DNA of 31,489 bases. Source: Chlamydiota bacterium (lineage in GTDB: Bacteria > Chlamydiota > Chlamydiia > Chlamydiales > SM23-39). The notes under the pieces were generated by a model. It was not told the origin of the DNA, ran no database searches, and saw nothing but the letters and a program-made list of their open reading frames with translations. Position 1 is the stretch's first letter. Every line of letters starts with the position of its first letter. The translations under genes and the position numbers were made by a program. The stretch spans positions 1 to 31,489 of the forward strand of contig JBEHXF010000021.1 in the NCBI GenBank assembly GCA_048498835.1, written 5' to 3'. Shown piece by piece: positions 29,093-31,489 of the stretch.

Positions 29093-30623
29093 TCCCCACC
29101 CATTAGCCGAACAAGGGCGCAATACTCGTTTGATCGATCCTTGTGTCCTGGTCATTTTTGGGGCGACAGGCGATCTCACGGGGAGAAAATTGGCCCCTGC
29201 CCTCTACAATCTCGGGCGCGATGGACTTTTGCCGCCCAATTTTGCTTGCGTGGGTTTTGCGCGCAGAGATAAGAGTGATGAGCAGTTTCGAGAAGAGTTA
29301 AAAGAAGACATCAACAGTTTTTCCCGGGTCAAACCGATTGATGAGGCCTATTGGAAACACTTTGAAGAGCAGATTTTCTATCACCGCTCAGAATTCGATG
29401 ATGATCAAGGGTATGAGCAACTCGCCGAGCGACTCAAACAACTCGACACTCGTTTCGCCACGCGTGGCAATCGGGTCTTTTATCTCTCCGTACAGCCGAA
29501 ATTCTTCCCCGTTATCGTTGAAAAGCTCCGAAAACACGGCCTCATCTACGACACCAATGATCAAGAGGGGCGCTGGTCGAGAGTCATCATTGAAAAACCG
29601 TTTGGCCACGACTCCGCCTCTGCGGCCGCTTTACAAGCTGATATCTCCAAAAACCTCGACGAATCGCAAATCTACCGCATCGATCATTACCTCGGCAAAG
29701 AGACGGTCCAAAATCTCCTCGTCTTCCGCTTTGCCAATTCCATTTTCGAATCGCTGTGGAATTACAAACACATCGACCATATCCAAATCACGGTAGCCGA
29801 AGATATCGGTATTGGAACGCGCGGCCATTTCTTTGAAGAAGAAGGACTCTTGCGCGATGTGGTTCAAAACCACATGATGCAGCTCCTTTCGCTCGTCGCA
29901 ATGGAGCCGCCGGTCAGCCTATCAGCTGGAGCGATCCGCGACGAAAAAGTCAAAGTGCTCCAATCGATCCGACCTCTTACGCAAGCCGATTTCGAGCAGA
30001 CGGTCGTCCGCGGTCAATACGGAACCGGCTATATCAATGGAGAAACAGTTGTCGGCTACAGAGAAGAAAAAGATGTTTCGCCCCAGTCTAATATTGAAAC
30101 CTTTGTGGCATTGAAACTCTACATCGACAATTGGCGCTGGGCTGGGATCCCGTTTTATCTTCGAGCGGGCAAACGACTCCCCAAACGAGCGACCGAGATC
30201 GCCATCACCTTTAAAGATGCGCCAGGAGTTCTCTTTCAGCAGAGAGATCAACACAATCCGGCGAACGTCTTGGCGATGAGAATCCAGCCCGATGAGGGAA
30301 TTGCGATGCGAATCAACTGCAAAGTGCCCGGACCCTCAAGTCCGATTCAACCGGTGAAAATGGACTTCCGCTACGGTTCTTATTTCGGCCAAACGCCACC
30401 TGAAGCTTACGAACGACTCATCTGGGAATGCATGATAGGCGATAACACGCTCTTCGCTCGCAGCGATGAAGTCGCTCAGTCGTGGCGCATTTTAACGCCT
30501 CTGCTCAATTATTGGGCTGCCAATCCGGCAAAGGATTACCCCAATTATTCTTCAGGTACGTGGGGGCCGAAAAAAGCCGATGAGATGATGGCAAAAGATG
30601 GCCGGACCTGGAGAATTCTATGA
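29082..30623 (+). CDS. zwf: Glucose-6-phosphate 1-dehydrogenase
   Basis: Motifs GATGDL, EKPFG, RIDHYLGKE, RDVVQNH and AYERL. ATG 29082 follows an AAGGA RBS. Confidence 0.98.
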   Translation: MQNDPHPLAEQGRNTRLIDPCVLVIFGATGDLTGRKLAPALYNLGRDGLLPPNFACVGFARRDKSDEQFREELKEDINSFSRVKPIDEAYWKHFEEQIFYHRSEFDDDQGYEQLAERLKQLDTRFATRGNRVFYLSVQPKFFPVIVEKLRKHGLIYDTNDQEGRWSRVIIEKPFGHDSASAAALQADISKNLDESQIYRIDHYLGKETVQNLLVFRFANSIFESLWNYKHIDHIQITVAEDIGIGTRGHFFEEEGLLRDVVQNHMMQLLSLVAMEPPVSLSAGAIRDEKVKVLQSIRPLTQADFEQTVVRGQYGTGYINGETVVGYREEKDVSPQSNIETFVALKLYIDNWRWAGIPFYLRAGKRLPKRATEIAITFKDAPGVLFQQRDQHNPANVLAMRIQPDEGIAMRINCKVPGPSSPIQPVKMDFRYGSYFGQTPPEAYERLIWECMIGDNTLFARSDEVAQSWRILTPLLNYWAANPAKDYPNYSSGTWGPKKADEMMAKDGRTWRIL

Positions 30624-31489
30624 ACTCCATCCAGCAAATTGTTCCCCCTTCCAAAATCGAATCAGAACTACAGAAGATTTGGGAAGGGCTGGTTAAAGAG
30701 AACAAGATGCGGGCGTCTTTGTTTAATTTGATCGTTTTCAATCGCTATTCAGAGCGAACCGATTATTTTCGCAATATCGTCCAAAAAGTGATCGAAAAAT
30801 TTCCCTGCCGCATTTTATTTATTTCGGAAGATCCGAGCGCTCAGCAACCTTATCTTAAAACGGCCGTTTCTGTTGCGCTACCCAGCAAAGAGAGCACGAT
30901 CGCCTGCGATCAAATCGATATCGGTGTCGCTGGCTCTGATTTAGAGAAAATCCCCTATGTACTCCGTCCTCACCTCCTCCCTGACTTGCCCATCACCCTT
31001 CTTTGGGCGGAAGACCCTTCTCAACCACACCCTCTCTTTGAGCCGTTAGCCGCGATGGCCCATCGGATCATTTTCGATTCAGAGTCAGCCGACAACCTCC
31101 TCGACTTTTCTAAAACAGTGCTGGCGCTGAGCGAGAAAAGGGGGATCGATCTGGCCGATTTGAACTGGGCGAGAACAGAGGGGTGGCGCGATCTGTTGGC
31201 TTTTGTCTTTGATACGCCCGATCGAGTGCAAGAGCTCCTCTCTGCCTCAGATGTGAAAATTGTCTACAATAGTCGAAAAACGGAATTTTTTTGCCATTTG
31301 AAGATCCAGTCGATGATTCTACTCTCCTGGCTGGCCGTCCGATTAGAATGGTCACTGCAAAAGACATCCAAAGAGCTCAAATTTGAATTCCCCAATCTAT
31401 CCGCCTCGATTGAGTCGACCATTTGGGAAAAATTAGGCCCGGGATCGATTATTTCGATTCAACTGACGACAAAAGACGGGACTCATTTC
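30620..31489 (+). CDS. opcA: G6PDH assembly/activator protein OpcA (3' truncated by window edge; not in ORF track)
   Basis: Manual translation MNSIQQIVPPSKIESELQKIW...RASLFNLIV...FPCRILF...LLPDLPITLLW...RIIFDS...DLNWARTEGWRDLLA; ATGA overlap with the zwf stop. Confidence 0.9.
   Translation, partial: MNSIQQIVPPSKIESELQKIWEGLVKENKMRASLFNLIVFNRYSERTDYFRNIVQKVIEKFPCRILFISEDPSAQQPYLKTAVSVALPSKESTIACDQIDIGVAGSDLEKIPYVLRPHLLPDLPITLLWAEDPSQPHPLFEPLAAMAHRIIFDSESADNLLDFSKTVLALSEKRGIDLADLNWARTEGWRDLLAFVFDTPDRVQELLSASDVKIVYNSRKTEFFCHLKIQSMILLSWLAVRLEWSLQKTSKELKFEFPNLSASIESTIWEKLGPGSIISIQLTTKDGTHF

Overview
Chromosomal window from an environmental member of the phylum Chlamydiae (inferred from the NTT transporter, leuS-waaA and kdsB-pyrG-ruvX-zwf synteny, PPi-PFK and eukaryote-like effectors). 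It holds about 30 CDS, two tRNA-Met(CAT) genes and a palindromic repeat mosaic. Housekeeping and metabolic genes (GMP reductase-like, HD dNTPase, NTT, tyrP/mtr, Nudix, def, csaA, waaA, leuS, MATE, pfp, sdaA, kdsB, pyrG, ruvX, nadA, zwf, opcA) are interspersed with candidate host-directed effectors (CCCH zinc-finger protein, F-box, lipase-like, DOT1-like methyltransferase, ankyrin protein, USP deubiquitinase). The most striking observation is a TrpL-like WW peptide embedded in the 3' end of a glycosyltransferase gene. Its Trp codons are complementary to the RBS and start codon of the downstream aromatic amino-acid transporter, suggesting a tryptophan-sensing translational attenuator. Also notable: a triple-CCCH finger protein, a peptide deformylase with a possible signal peptide behind tRNA-fMet/tRNA-Met, a csaA gene with no canonical start codon, a membrane-anchored USP, an ankyrin cassette flanked by paralogous small ORFs, and nadA inserted in a conserved chlamydial operon. 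All calls come from reading motifs by eye; no database searches were run.
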